Assembly: GCA_039024555.1 (NCBI GenBank)
Contig: JBCCQQ010000004.1
Location: 1-64,000, forward strand
Length of the DNA: 64,000 bases
DNA from: Cyanobacteria bacterium P01_D01_bin.156
Lineage (GTDB): Bacteria > Cyanobacteriota > Cyanobacteriia > Phormidesmidales > Phormidesmidaceae
Reading direction: 5' to 3'
Both the position numbers and the translations under genes were made by a program. Positions 1 through 9,935 of the stretch are shown here, piece by piece; position 1 is the first letter of the stretch; the number at the start of each line of letters is the position of its first letter. The notes below the pieces were generated by a model. It was not told where the DNA came from. It saw nothing but the letters and a program-made list of their open reading frames with translations, and did no database searches.

Positions 1-2
1 AT

Positions 3-257
3 TTGCAAAAAGCTAAAAATGAGTATGCTCAGGCTCAGACTAACTACGAAGAAGCCTTGCAGGTGTATCGCGAGTTAGCCCAGGAGAACCCGCGCACCTA
101 TTTGCCAGACGTTGCGATGTCGCTCAACAATTTGGCAATTTTGCAAAAAGCTAAAAATGAGTATGCTCAGGCTCAGACTAACTACGAAGAAGCCTTGCAG
201 GTGTATCGCGAGTTAGCCCAGGAGAACCCGCGCACCTATTTGCCAGACGTTGCGATG
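3..257 (+). repeat. Tandem duplication within the TPR gene, period 138 bp
   Basis: 3-119 is identical to 141-257 at the nucleotide level. Confidence 0.9.
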
Positions 258-458
258 ACGCTGATTAATCTAAGTATTTTTTATTTGCAGTCAAAACCTG
301 ACCCCGAAAAATCTGTGGCCATGGCTTTAGAAGCATTGGACTGTCTTCAAGACTTTACGCAAATTCCCAGCCTAAATGACTATGCAAAGATTGCCCACCA
401 GGTTTTAGCCGCCAATGGCGTAGATGCAACAGGCACTCCCTTGCCTGCAAAAACATAG
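3..458 (+). CDS. Tetratricopeptide-repeat protein, C-terminal part (probably truncated by the window start)
   Basis: Repeated 46-aa TPR_12-like units (YEEALQVYRELAQENPRTYLPDVAMSLNNLA). Confidence 0.8.
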   Translation: MQKAKNEYAQAQTNYEEALQVYRELAQENPRTYLPDVAMSLNNLAILQKAKNEYAQAQTNYEEALQVYRELAQENPRTYLPDVAMTLINLSIFYLQSKPDPEKSVAMALEALDCLQDFTQIPSLNDYAKIAHQVLAANGVDATGTPLPAKT

Positions 459-506
459 GAGAACGGTGCGTTGGGCAAAGCCCCCCCCTACGACAGACTC
501 AAATCC

Positions 507-839
507 CTAGCTGACCGCAAATTCTGTATATGGTCGCATTTCCGGAGCCTGAAAGCCCAGAACAATATCCTCATTCGGAACGCCAAGTTCTAAAAGCTGT
601 GTGGCAATCCCAGCTTCAGTACCATCGTGCTGAATCCAGATTTTGCCATCTTTGATGTCTAAATGAAGACTACATCCATGGGTGCGGCGATTATTCCGCC
701 AGCCCGTATGCAAAAGTAAATAATGGTCTCGCTCCGTATCGAGAATGGCCTGGGTTTCAATTTCAGGAAAGGTAGGCTTGCGGTTAGCCCTTTCCAATAA
801 TATGTTCTGAATCCATTGGCGATATTGCTCTACAGCCAT
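507..839 (-). CDS. xisI: XisI family protein
   Basis: D..RDHYLL..GW...R.HG...H.DIKDGKIWIQHDGTE.GIA..L.E.GVP..DIVLGF signature. Confidence 0.92.
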   Translation of the reverse strand: MAVEQYRQWIQNILLERANRKPTFPEIETQAILDTERDHYLLLHTGWRNNRRTHGCSLHLDIKDGKIWIQHDGTEAGIATQLLELGVPNEDIVLGFQAPEMRPYTEFAVS

Positions 840-1237
840 TGCTGAATAACCTCCTGATTTAGATCATAGGTAAGCAAATTAATCTGTGTTTTCTCAATGA
901 CAGAACGAATAAAACGTCGCTGAAAAAACGATTGATAAATTGTTTCTGGAACGGCTAAATATAACGTTCGCTGCGGATCTACTTCAGCTAAGGCAAATTC
1001 ATAGTTGATATATTGTCCAAGGGCCGTATGGAAGTCGGAAACAGCTGAACGACCAATAAAGCTTTTGATCTCCACAGTGATTTTTTCATTGTCCCGCTCT
1101 GCAGCAATCAGTTCAGCCGCAAGGTCAATTTCAAAGTCAACTTCCCCAACGTTGATTTCATAAGGATCATCCGTAATCGACCAACCCTCTTTTTCAAGGG
1201 CAGCTCGAACTATATTATGGAAGCGATCTCTAGCCAT
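830..1237 (-). CDS. xisH: XisH family protein (PD-(D/E)xK fold)
   Basis: MARDRFH..VR.AL.KEGW.ITDDP, IDLAAE..AAER, VEIKSF, FHTALGQY; start re-assigned to ATG at 1237; overlaps xisI. Confidence 0.92.
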   Translation of the reverse strand: MARDRFHNIVRAALEKEGWSITDDPYEINVGEVDFEIDLAAELIAAERDNEKITVEIKSFIGRSAVSDFHTALGQYINYEFALAEVDPQRTLYLAVPETIYQSFFQRRFIRSVIEKTQINLLTYDLNQEVIQQWL

Positions 1238-1452
1238 GAATGTGCGAAAAACAAGGCCTCTATCGCTGATCATAGCGAATTGGGGCTGCACATTACCAGG
1301 GGAGTAGTCATGGCAGTTTTGTACCCTTACACTTCGCCCACAGCACCCTACAAAGTCCCTTGCTTTTTCACTTTTTGGCACCCGTTGATTCAGGATATGA
1401 GGATCGAGGATTTTATAATCTGCAAGTACCTGAAACATCTGAGTATTCGACC

Positions 1453-1977
1453 ATGGCAGTTCCGTTTTCTCTCTCTCCTTTTGAAACAATTTCTGATGTG
1501 GTTATTGCTGGAGATGTAGCGCGATCGCAATCCACCCTCGCCCTTAAATACACAGTCACCGGCACCTTAGACAATTTAGTCGTGCCCCCTTTAGCTAGCA
1601 CAGCCCCCAGCCGTCGCGACAAACTGTGGCAAACCACCTGCTTTGAAGCCTTTATCGGTATGCCCAACGCTTCCCACTATTGGGAAATCAACGTGGCACC
1701 TAAGGGAGATTGGAACCTGTACCGTTTTGAAAGCTATCGCCAGGGAATGGCCCGAGAAATGGGTTGCCATAGTATTAAAAGCATCTGGCAAAGCATCCCC
1801 CAGGGCTACCAGTTAGTCCTAAACATTCCAACAGAACCGTGGCTCCCCTCAGCTCAGCCCCTAGAAATGGGAATTAGCACCATCCTGCAGACAGACCGTA
1901 CCTCCCACTGGGCTCTCGTCCATCCAGGGAAAGACCCCGATTTCCACCATCGTGATAGCTTCACATTATTTATCTGA
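1453..1977 (+). CDS. DOMON-like domain protein
   Basis: RRDKLWQTTCFEAFI, YWEINVAP.GDWN.Y.F..YR, HWAL.HPG..PDFH.R.SF motifs; start taken at ATG 1453. Confidence 0.8.
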   Translation: MAVPFSLSPFETISDVVIAGDVARSQSTLALKYTVTGTLDNLVVPPLASTAPSRRDKLWQTTCFEAFIGMPNASHYWEINVAPKGDWNLYRFESYRQGMAREMGCHSIKSIWQSIPQGYQLVLNIPTEPWLPSAQPLEMGISTILQTDRTSHWALVHPGKDPDFHHRDSFTLFI

Positions 1978-3036
1978 TACAGCGCTATCACCATTTACGT
2001 ACATCACCTCGGTGGGATAGGCAAATTCAATCCCAAGCTGATCAAATCGCTCTTTAATCGCAAAATTAATCTGTTGCTGTGCATCACAGTAGGCCATATA
2101 GTCATTGGTCTCCACCAAATACACCACTTCGTAGTCCAGGCTAAAATCACTAAACTTTAGAAAATGGGCACGATCAAAAACAACATTAGGAGTACCCTCA
2201 ATAACATCGCGAATAATCTCTGGAACATTTTTTAACTGTTCTAAATCTGTTTCGTAGATCACCCCTAGGGTAAACAAAACCCGCCGCTGAGCCATGCGTT
2301 TAAAGTTTTGAATCCGGGATGCAGTTAGGTCTGTATTGGCTAAAACGAGCTGTTCTCCGTTGATACTTTTAAGCCGCGTGGTTTTGATACCCACTTGCTC
2401 GACGGTGCCCGCCATGGCACCGACAACAATAAAGTCGCCAATCTCAAAAGGCCGATCCAACAAAATTGAAAAGTAGCTAAACAAATCCTGCAAAATCCCC
2501 TGGGATGCCAAGGCAATAGCGACACCCCCAATGCCCAGACCGGTAACCACTGCAGAAATGTCAAATCCTAAGTTATCGAGAACAAAGACAATACCAATGG
2601 CCCATAAAATAACTCGAACAGCCGGAATCAGGGCGTTGAGACTTTGTCGAAGGTTAGGCTGATCGCGATGGAGAAAGCCGTAGATCCGCAGACCATATTC
2701 TGCAACGGACCCCACCAGCTGAAGCAACAGCAATGTTGCAAAGATGATACCGACGACGGTCAGTAGCTGGGACAGGCTATTTGACAGGCTGAGGTTTTGC
2801 AGACCGATATAGCAGGAACCTAAATACAGCAGCCACAGGGTAGGGCGCTCCACTAGCCGTACCAGCTGATCGTCCAAACTGGTGGTGGTGCGTTTGGCCC
2901 AACGTTCTAATCGATTGAGAATCAGACGTTTGAGCAGATGTGCGATCGCAAACCCAATAGCAATATAAAGTAAGGAATTACCATAGGCTGCGATCGTATT
3001 GCCCAAAAACGTTTTCTGAAGAAAATCAGACACCAT
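1966..3036 (-). CDS. Small-conductance mechanosensitive channel (MscS family)
   Basis: GLGIGGVAIALASQ..L.DLF, DRPFEIGDFI, GTVEQVGIKTT, IEFAYPT. Confidence 0.92.
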   Translation of the reverse strand: MVSDFLQKTFLGNTIAAYGNSLLYIAIGFAIAHLLKRLILNRLERWAKRTTTSLDDQLVRLVERPTLWLLYLGSCYIGLQNLSLSNSLSQLLTVVGIIFATLLLLQLVGSVAEYGLRIYGFLHRDQPNLRQSLNALIPAVRVILWAIGIVFVLDNLGFDISAVVTGLGIGGVAIALASQGILQDLFSYFSILLDRPFEIGDFIVVGAMAGTVEQVGIKTTRLKSINGEQLVLANTDLTASRIQNFKRMAQRRVLFTLGVIYETDLEQLKNVPEIIRDVIEGTPNVVFDRAHFLKFSDFSLDYEVVYLVETNDYMAYCDAQQQINFAIKERFDQLGIEFAYPTEVMYVNGDSAVSDK

Positions 3037-3189
3037 GGAGATTTAGAGGCTAATCGTATTTAAGGTGGCAGGCTAAAAGCTCAACGCCTGCCTGCTATCC
3101 GTTTACGACGCATCCTTAAGCGACCCGAAAAAGCTAGCACATAAAGCCATACTTACAAACCATAACTATCAAACGCGGGGAGTCTCATC

Positions 3190-3669
3190 GTGCCAACGTC
3201 TCAATCTACATCCAGTTCAATTACCATTCGCTACGCATCTCCTGAGGATATTCCAACTATCGCTGACTTTAATCAGGCCATGGCTTGGGAAACAGAACAA
3301 AGAAAGCTTGCCCCTGAGACGATTCTTGCAGGCGTTCGATCCTTGCTAGAGCATCCCGATCGAGGCTTTTACATTGTGGCAGACATAGAAGCACGGGTCA
3401 TCGCCTGCCTGATGATTACCTTTGAATGGAGTGACTGGCGCAATGGTCTCCTCTGGTGGATACAAAGTGTTTATGTACATCCCGACTATCGACGGCGTGG
3501 CTTATATAGCCGCATGTATAGCTTTATCAAAACACTGGCAGCCGACCACACCCCAAACGTGTGCGGATTTCGCTTGTACGTTGAACAGGAAAACGCCAAG
3601 GCCCAAAAAGCATACAAGACCCTAGGCATGACCCAGAGCCCGTATTTTATTTTTGAAGAGCTAACTTAG
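3190..3669 (+). CDS. GNAT family N-acetyltransferase
   Basis: EWSDWRNG..WWIQSVYV.PDYRRRG acetyl-CoA motif; N..AQ..Y..LG. Confidence 0.88.
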   Translation: MPTSQSTSSSITIRYASPEDIPTIADFNQAMAWETEQRKLAPETILAGVRSLLEHPDRGFYIVADIEARVIACLMITFEWSDWRNGLLWWIQSVYVHPDYRRRGLYSRMYSFIKTLAADHTPNVCGFRLYVEQENAKAQKAYKTLGMTQSPYFIFEELT

Positions 3670-4745
3670 TGCAAACAGAACCAGGCTACGCAACTGGCTA
3701 CTAACACCAACACGATACAGATTACCAAGTAGTTAGGCTTCTTAGGAACAGGGATTGATTCTGCAATTTTCACCTTAGCGACACTGCAGTCACCAACATC
3801 ATAGTTTTCACCAGGCTGTAGAATTACAACAACAGTCTCATCCTCTTCACAGTCCACTTCATCTGCGATGGGAGTAATGTCAATACAAGCTTCTTTCTCA
3901 CCCTTTAAAAGGGTGACACTACGCTGAATAGGCTGATAATCCTCACCCTCTGTGGCGGTACCACCAACTGTGTAACACACCACCGTGGTCTCCATCACAG
4001 GTTCTTCAGCACAGACCAGCAGCTTACCAGTATCAGTACAAATTTCGCCTTTAGCAGGTTCAGTCGCCTTGGAATCAGCAGACTTAAGACAGACTACAGG
4101 CGCAGGCTTGAGCAATAGGGACGTATCAATGCGAAAGTGAGATTCAACCGTGTGGCGCTCTGCAAAAAATAAATCGAATGAATAATTTTTACCTTGTTCT
4201 AAAACTAATGTCTCACCAGATCCCAATACCTGGCTGAGCTGAGTTTTTCCTTCCTCAAGCTTGAGATCAATGGTATCGGTCAGAGAACCGTGGACACCAC
4301 CCAAATCAATCACTAGCTTGCCATCAATAAAGACCCACAGGTCATCATCTCCTGAGAACGTGAACTTCTCATGGCCCTGATAGGTAAACTCAGAATGGAC
4401 CTCATAGGTAAAGTGATAGTTGTGTTTACGGCCTTCATTCCCCAACAGTTCACCATCAATGGGAAAGAACTCAGGATTGTTATAGGTAAAAACACCGTCA
4501 TTATCATCATCGTTTAAAACAATGTCTAAGCGTTGACCTTGGTTAATGGTATTAGTATCTCGAAACCACTGGTCAAAATTATCTTTAGTCGATGTGGTTT
4601 TACCTTCACCACCTTTATAAACAGGCTTTTGATCGTTACCAAGAACAGGTTCAACAATGTTTTTCTCAGCAGCGATAACATGCTCAAAATCGGCATGGCT
4701 ATCTTTAAAGTCGCGAATTCTTCCAGATAACGTGATCTGTGGCAT
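3666..4745 (-). CDS. Fibro-slime/PA14 domain + Calx-beta domain protein with C-terminal membrane anchor
   Basis: HNYHFTYE, FTFSGDDDLWVFIDGKLVIDLGGVH, FFAERHT..S.F.I.T; YTVGGTATEGEDY (Calx-beta); hydrophobic C-terminus. Confidence 0.82.
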   Translation of the reverse strand: MPQITLSGRIRDFKDSHADFEHVIAAEKNIVEPVLGNDQKPVYKGGEGKTTSTKDNFDQWFRDTNTINQGQRLDIVLNDDDNDGVFTYNNPEFFPIDGELLGNEGRKHNYHFTYEVHSEFTYQGHEKFTFSGDDDLWVFIDGKLVIDLGGVHGSLTDTIDLKLEEGKTQLSQVLGSGETLVLEQGKNYSFDLFFAERHTVESHFRIDTSLLLKPAPVVCLKSADSKATEPAKGEICTDTGKLLVCAEEPVMETTVVCYTVGGTATEGEDYQPIQRSVTLLKGEKEACIDITPIADEVDCEEDETVVVILQPGENYDVGDCSVAKVKIAESIPVPKKPNYLVICIVLVLVASCVAWFCLH

Positions 4746-5084
4746 GGTAGGTTTCTTCTTGTAAATAGTAGACAATTTTCTGTTACTAAACTGAACGCCG
4801 GGGCTAATTTAGAAAATTAATCGATGACTTGAATGACCTGGCAGCCAACATTTCATCGATTACCTTGCCCAAGGTTTAGTAACTCCGATGTGATTTTCTA
4901 CCCTTGCAAAGGAACCTATTCCAGACAAAATCTACACAGATTTACGGACTAGCCCACTAAATGTGACCTAGAGCCCAGTAAACATACGCAACAGCCTTTG
5001 ACAGAAGACTTCTAACTGGCCTCAGTTAAGCCACATGATCATCTTCCGACAACACAACGCTTTCAAGGCTTGTTCTCTAGAAAC

Positions 5085-5633
5085 CTAAGACTGTTGACTC
5101 TGGGCCAAGGCCTCAATAGTCATTTCCTCATATTTTTCGAAGGGCTGATGAATCCAAGGATTACTATCTAGATAGTCGACGTAGTAATCGGGCTTAATAA
5201 TCGAACAGTCTTTGTACCAAATAACTGCCGTTCTAATTTCATCGATATAAAACCCATAGCGATGCTGCAGCCAACTAATGCTGCGCTTTAGGCTATGACC
5301 GGAATCTACCAAGTCATCCACTAGTAAGACTTGGCTCCCTAGGTTAGGGGTGGTCATACTTAAATCTCTAGAAAAGGTGATGGCCCCACGGGTTCTGTTG
5401 CTTTCACCACCGTAGGAAGCGGTGGAGAGAATGGCTAAGGGTTGGTCATAAATTCGGCAAAGGATGTCACCGATTCTCAGGCCCCCTTTGGCAAGGCAGA
5501 CAATTTGGTTAAATTGCCATCCTGACTGGTAAATTGCGATCGCTAACGTTTCAATCGCTCGATCGTAGTCTGACCAAGACACATGTAAATCGGTAGGGGA
5601 GTTAGATACTGAAGAATCAGAGGGAGCAACCAT
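5085..5633 (-). CDS. Purine phosphoribosyltransferase family protein
   Basis: PRPP-binding motif VLLVDDLVDSG; WIHQPFE. Confidence 0.88.
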   Translation of the reverse strand: MVAPSDSSVSNSPTDLHVSWSDYDRAIETLAIAIYQSGWQFNQIVCLAKGGLRIGDILCRIYDQPLAILSTASYGGESNRTRGAITFSRDLSMTTPNLGSQVLLVDDLVDSGHSLKRSISWLQHRYGFYIDEIRTAVIWYKDCSIIKPDYYVDYLDSNPWIHQPFEKYEEMTIEALAQSQQS

Positions 5634-5860
5634 GGGTAGGCAACGACATAAATAGGCAAATAATATAACGCCATCGCAACCTGTGATCCGACTTCCAACT
5701 TCTCAGCCCTTGGGAAAATCATCCGTTCTGCGTCGCTCACCATTAGGACAGTTGCAAATAGTTGAATAAATTGATGTTTGAGAGCTCCAGAAGGCTTTAA
5801 TCTAGATGTCTCTGACCGGGGAATTTACTCGGGCTACTCCTTAGCCATCTTCGTAACCTT

Positions 5861-7333
5861 ATGGAAACTGTAGGCCAGCCAAACCATCCGCCTAAGCTAA
5901 GACTATCTACCAAGCTAGCCTACGGGGCAGGAGACTTTGGGGCAGGTCTAACGTCTAATTTACTGGCATTCTCATTTTTGATTTTTTTGACCAATGTGGC
6001 CGGATTAGAACCGCTAGCAGCTGGCACAGTGCTGCTAATTGGCAAAATTTGGGATGCGGTCAATGATCCACTGGTAGGAATTCTTAGCGATCGCACCCGT
6101 ACCCGCTGGGGGCGGAGATACCCTTGGATTGTTTTAACCGGTGTCCCTTTTGGTCTCACCTTTTTATTCAATTGGCTTGTGCCAGGCTCTGATCTGATCA
6201 ATCAGGTAGCCCTCTTTATGAGCCGCATCGTGCCAGGATTCACGACTCAAACCGCCCTGTTCTGTTACTACGTAATTGTTTCCATCACCTTTCAAATCTT
6301 TTTCACCACCACCAACCTGCCCTACTCCACGCTGACGGCAGAAATGACGGAAGACTATGACGAACGCACGGAGCTAACGTCATTTCGCCTGTCTTTTTCC
6401 CTGGCAGGGGCAGTGCTGATTTTAGCGATAGGTTTGGTGGTCAGCACCTTGGTCACCGATGCCCAGCGTCAGTATCAAATTTTGGGAGCGCTGGGCGGGG
6501 GCATTTCCATCGTTACTATCTATTGGTGCGTGTTGGGTACCTTTCACCACGCCCAACAGCAATCGGCCTATCGAGGGCGCACCCTAAATGACAGTCAAGC
6601 ATCTGAGGATGAATCCTTTGCCAAGCAGCTCAAAGTTGTTTTTAGCAATCGGCCTTTTTTGTTTGTAGTGGGCATTTACCTTTTTTCATGGCTGGCCCTG
6701 CAGATTACTGCAACAATCATTCCCTTCTATGTGACATTTTGGATGGGAGCCGATGACTACTTCCTAGCAGCACTTTTAGTCCAAGGAACCGCCATTGGCA
6801 TGATGTTTATTTGTAACCTCTTGGCCAAGCGTGTGGGCAAGAAAGGACTTTATTTCCTGGGCAGCGGCTTTTGGATCCTAGTACAAATCGCCCTTTTCTT
6901 TTTACAGCCTGGTCAGCTGAATGCCTTGTACCTGCTATGTATTTTGGCCAGCTTTGGGGTAGCCACCGCCTATGTGGTGCCTTGGTCAATCTTGCCAGAT
7001 GTGATTGAACTCAACGAGCTCAAAACCGGTCAACGTAGTGAAGGTGCCTTTTATGCCTTTATGACCCTGCTACAAAAAATAGGGTTGGCCGCCGGTATTT
7101 TCTTGGTAAGTTTGGCGCTAGAAATGTCCGGCTTCATCAAGGAAACTGCACAACAATCGGCAGTGGTACAACAGCCAGAATCTGCCCTACTGGCCATTCG
7201 CTTTTTTATGGGGCCAGTGCCATTGGTACTCCTACTGGGAGGTATCGTATTAGCCTATTTTTACCCAATTACCAAAGCTTCCCATGCAGAAACGTTACTC
7301 AAGCTAGCTGAGCAACGTAAGCAAACTAAATAA
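5861..7333 (+). CDS. GPH-family (MelB-like) MFS sugar/cation symporter
   Basis: KLAYGAGD, WDAVNDPLVG.LSDRTRTRWGRR.PW, multiple TM segments. Confidence 0.9.
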   Translation: METVGQPNHPPKLRLSTKLAYGAGDFGAGLTSNLLAFSFLIFLTNVAGLEPLAAGTVLLIGKIWDAVNDPLVGILSDRTRTRWGRRYPWIVLTGVPFGLTFLFNWLVPGSDLINQVALFMSRIVPGFTTQTALFCYYVIVSITFQIFFTTTNLPYSTLTAEMTEDYDERTELTSFRLSFSLAGAVLILAIGLVVSTLVTDAQRQYQILGALGGGISIVTIYWCVLGTFHHAQQQSAYRGRTLNDSQASEDESFAKQLKVVFSNRPFLFVVGIYLFSWLALQITATIIPFYVTFWMGADDYFLAALLVQGTAIGMMFICNLLAKRVGKKGLYFLGSGFWILVQIALFFLQPGQLNALYLLCILASFGVATAYVVPWSILPDVIELNELKTGQRSEGAFYAFMTLLQKIGLAAGIFLVSLALEMSGFIKETAQQSAVVQQPESALLAIRFFMGPVPLVLLLGGIVLAYFYPITKASHAETLLKLAEQRKQTK

Positions 7334-7460
7334 GAAGCGATGCAGTTGCCGATCTTCAAAATGGCTTTGGGCTTTCAAACCTACACGTTGCAGGTTCCAC
7401 AGAGCCCACCATCTGAAAAATCAGCAATCTTCTTCTCGCCCCGATGAGCGTACCTTAATT

Positions 7461-7892
7461 CTAGGCTCGCCCGCTGCTGGCTCCCACCTGAACAGGGGCT
7501 TCAGCATCTACTTCATTGGTTAGATAGTGCCTTGCTAAGTCCAAAAATACCCTGGCCCGATTGATATGCTGCTTAGCGACCACCAAGGTAGCTTTTTCGC
7601 CGTGGGAATAGTCGGCCCTAAACCGAGCCTCTAAACCATCACTCAAATAGCTGCCATAGGGTTGAAACAGCAAACTCTGTTTCGAAAATGTTTCTACAAA
7701 TGCGCTACAGACTGCTTCATGCTTAGTGGGAATAGCCGCAGACTTATCTAACAGCAGGGCCTCAGCCACATACAACATGGCATAGTAAGCACGGGAAATA
7801 GCAATATCGTGGAAGTGACTATGGGCCAACAACTGGGCTGCCCTAATATTTTCTTTAGCGTTGAGCAGGCGCTGTTTTTGCTCAGGCTTCAT
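7461..7892 (-). CDS. HEPN domain protein (no adjacent MNT partner)
   Basis: AISRAYYAM, KH.AV..AF, R..ADY motifs. Confidence 0.85.
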   Translation of the reverse strand: MKPEQKQRLLNAKENIRAAQLLAHSHFHDIAISRAYYAMLYVAEALLLDKSAAIPTKHEAVCSAFVETFSKQSLLFQPYGSYLSDGLEARFRADYSHGEKATLVVAKQHINRARVFLDLARHYLTNEVDAEAPVQVGASSGRA

Positions 7893-8182
7893 GAACAAGA
7901 ACTCCGAAAGACTCTGAAAGCATCCGTCTCAGCGGACAATAAATCATAGATTGGCAGCAATACTAAAGGCAAGACGTTGGCTGAACCAAATCGCTGCTCA
8001 GCTATGTTCAGAGGGTGTATGCATCCTGGCTTTAAGCTTTGCAGCTTAGCCAGGGGTAGTATCCTGGTCAACGGTGTCTCTAGAAAAAGAAAATAGCCCA
8101 GTTTTTAGGCTGGCGCTTATTTTATGCAGAAAAGGAAATTTTGTGCTAGATGTGATGCTGAGACATCGTCTGGAGTCGCGCG

Positions 8183-9868
8183 GTGGACAACATAAACTTG
8201 GTGGGTGCCAGCCTCCAAAATGGCAAATACACCATTACAGAGGAACTTGGCCATGGTGGTTTTGGGATAACCTATCGGGCCACACGCCACCCCCTAGATC
8301 AACAGGTGGTGATCAAAACCCTGCGCTGGCCCGATACTGGAGCTGAAAAAGCACAGCAACTGCAACGGTTTGAAAACGAAGCTCGTCGCTTAGCCCGGTG
8401 TCAGCATCCCCACATTGTTGAGGTCACGGACTATTTTGTAGAAGCAGGGCAGCCCTACCTAGTGATGGATTTTATTCCGGGGCAACCCCTATCCGCTCTG
8501 ATTTTTCCAGGTCGCCCCCTGGCTGAAGCTAAGGCGTTGCGATACATTCGGCAAATTGCGGGAGCCTTACAAACGGTCCACAATCGGGGACTGCTCCATC
8601 GAGATGTGAAACCCCAAAATATTATGGTGAATGGGGACAGTGCCATTTTGATTGACTTTGGCATTGCCCGAGAGCTTAGCAGTGGCAGCACCCAAACCCA
8701 CACCAATCTTGTTTCAGAAGGGTATGCCCCCTTAGAGCAGTATTTGCCTAAAGCGAGACGGTCAGCCGCATCGGATGTTTATGGGCTGGCAGCCACCCTC
8801 TATTCGGCAGTGACTGGGGAAGTACCCATGGCTTCGGTGCTGCGATCGCACCAGCCCCTCATTCCCCCCAGTCAGTTTAATCGTCGCTTGAGTCCAGCCA
8901 CTGAACAGGCCATCCTTCAGGGTATGGCCCTAGATTTAGCACAGCGCCCCCAGTCCATGGCTACCTGGCTGAGACTGTTTGACCAGGTACCGCAACCATC
9001 GGCCCCTCAGCCTAGAAACCAAACTACCCAAGCAACTCAGGTTGTTTCCCCAAGACCCCCTACGGGCATCGGCAGAACAACTGCCACAGTGGCATCTCCA
9101 GAGGCAATTTCTCCAGAACCGATAAAGCCCAGACGCCAGGGTCCTGGCTTCTTTAAAGGCTTATTTTCCCTCATGCTTCTAGGTCTTTTGGGGGGACTAG
9201 GCTACGGGGGCTATCGCGTTTATACCTTTGCCCGCAGTAGCTGGGATAACTTCCGCGAACAAACGGCAAATTTACCTGAGGTGAACATTCCTGAGGTAAC
9301 AATACCAGACGTAAATTTGCCTAATGTAGAAGACATTCTACCTGAGGTGCCTAGCACCCCTATCGAGGTCAGCATTCCTCCGATAAAAATACCAGAACCG
9401 ACTCAGTCAGGACCTAATCCACCATTGATTTTAAGCAACAGTGGGAATCCGGCTACTGCGGCAAGCGGCAGCGGCGGTGTGGTAACTGTCCCCGGTTTTG
9501 CTCCGGGTACTACCGCCACGGCTATTAATGATCGATTGGGTTCTCCGACTCGACAATCAGCCTCAGCCTCAGCCACCACAGCTGTCTATGAACTCGATCC
9601 AAACCGGGCTACAGTCGCTTATGTGTACGATGCGACAGGGGACACTGTTCAACAAACCGAGGCTGCGTTCGCCCCCTCCTATGACCGATTGGTGATGCGC
9701 AGTACCCTGACCGGCATGCTCAATTGGCAATCCACACAAGAAATTGAAAATGGTCTAGAGCAGGTACGAACGGGTGCATTAGAACAATATTCGTTTGAAA
9801 ACAATGGTTTAGAGGGCCGCATTGAACGCAACAGTAATGGGTTTATCCATATTTACGTGCGTCAATAG
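8183..9868 (+). CDS. Membrane-anchored Ser/Thr protein kinase (Pkn2 type)
   Basis: LGHGGFG, VIK, HRDVKPQN, DFG, GYAPLE; TM segment, Pro-rich spacer and extracytoplasmic C-terminal domain. Confidence 0.93.
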   Translation: MDNINLVGASLQNGKYTITEELGHGGFGITYRATRHPLDQQVVIKTLRWPDTGAEKAQQLQRFENEARRLARCQHPHIVEVTDYFVEAGQPYLVMDFIPGQPLSALIFPGRPLAEAKALRYIRQIAGALQTVHNRGLLHRDVKPQNIMVNGDSAILIDFGIARELSSGSTQTHTNLVSEGYAPLEQYLPKARRSAASDVYGLAATLYSAVTGEVPMASVLRSHQPLIPPSQFNRRLSPATEQAILQGMALDLAQRPQSMATWLRLFDQVPQPSAPQPRNQTTQATQVVSPRPPTGIGRTTATVASPEAISPEPIKPRRQGPGFFKGLFSLMLLGLLGGLGYGGYRVYTFARSSWDNFREQTANLPEVNIPEVTIPDVNLPNVEDILPEVPSTPIEVSIPPIKIPEPTQSGPNPPLILSNSGNPATAASGSGGVVTVPGFAPGTTATAINDRLGSPTRQSASASATTAVYELDPNRATVAYVYDATGDTVQQTEAAFAPSYDRLVMRSTLTGMLNWQSTQEIENGLEQVRTGALEQYSFENNGLEGRIERNSNGFIHIYVRQ

Positions 9869-9872
9869 GTGT

Positions 9873-9910
9873 AAAAAAGCGGGTGTGTCCCATAGAACAC
9901 ACCCGCTTTT
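9873..9910. terminator. Bidirectional intrinsic terminator
   Basis: aaaagcgggtgtgt...acacacccgctttt between convergent genes. Confidence 0.85.
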
Positions 9911-9935
9911 GAAAACAACGTTTTAAGACTGTTGT

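Noticed and set aside
1238..1489. N-terminal extension of XisH in the ORF track
   Set aside because: The family starts at MARD (1237); the extension overlaps the divergent DOMON-like gene.
7889..8071. Possible MNT antitoxin upstream of the HEPN gene
   Set aside because: Contains FGS but lacks the GSxARG...DxD signature and is too short.
9272..9349. PEVNI/PEVTI/PDVNL pentapeptide repeats in the kinase
   Set aside because: Ordinary Pro-rich extracytoplasmic spacer.
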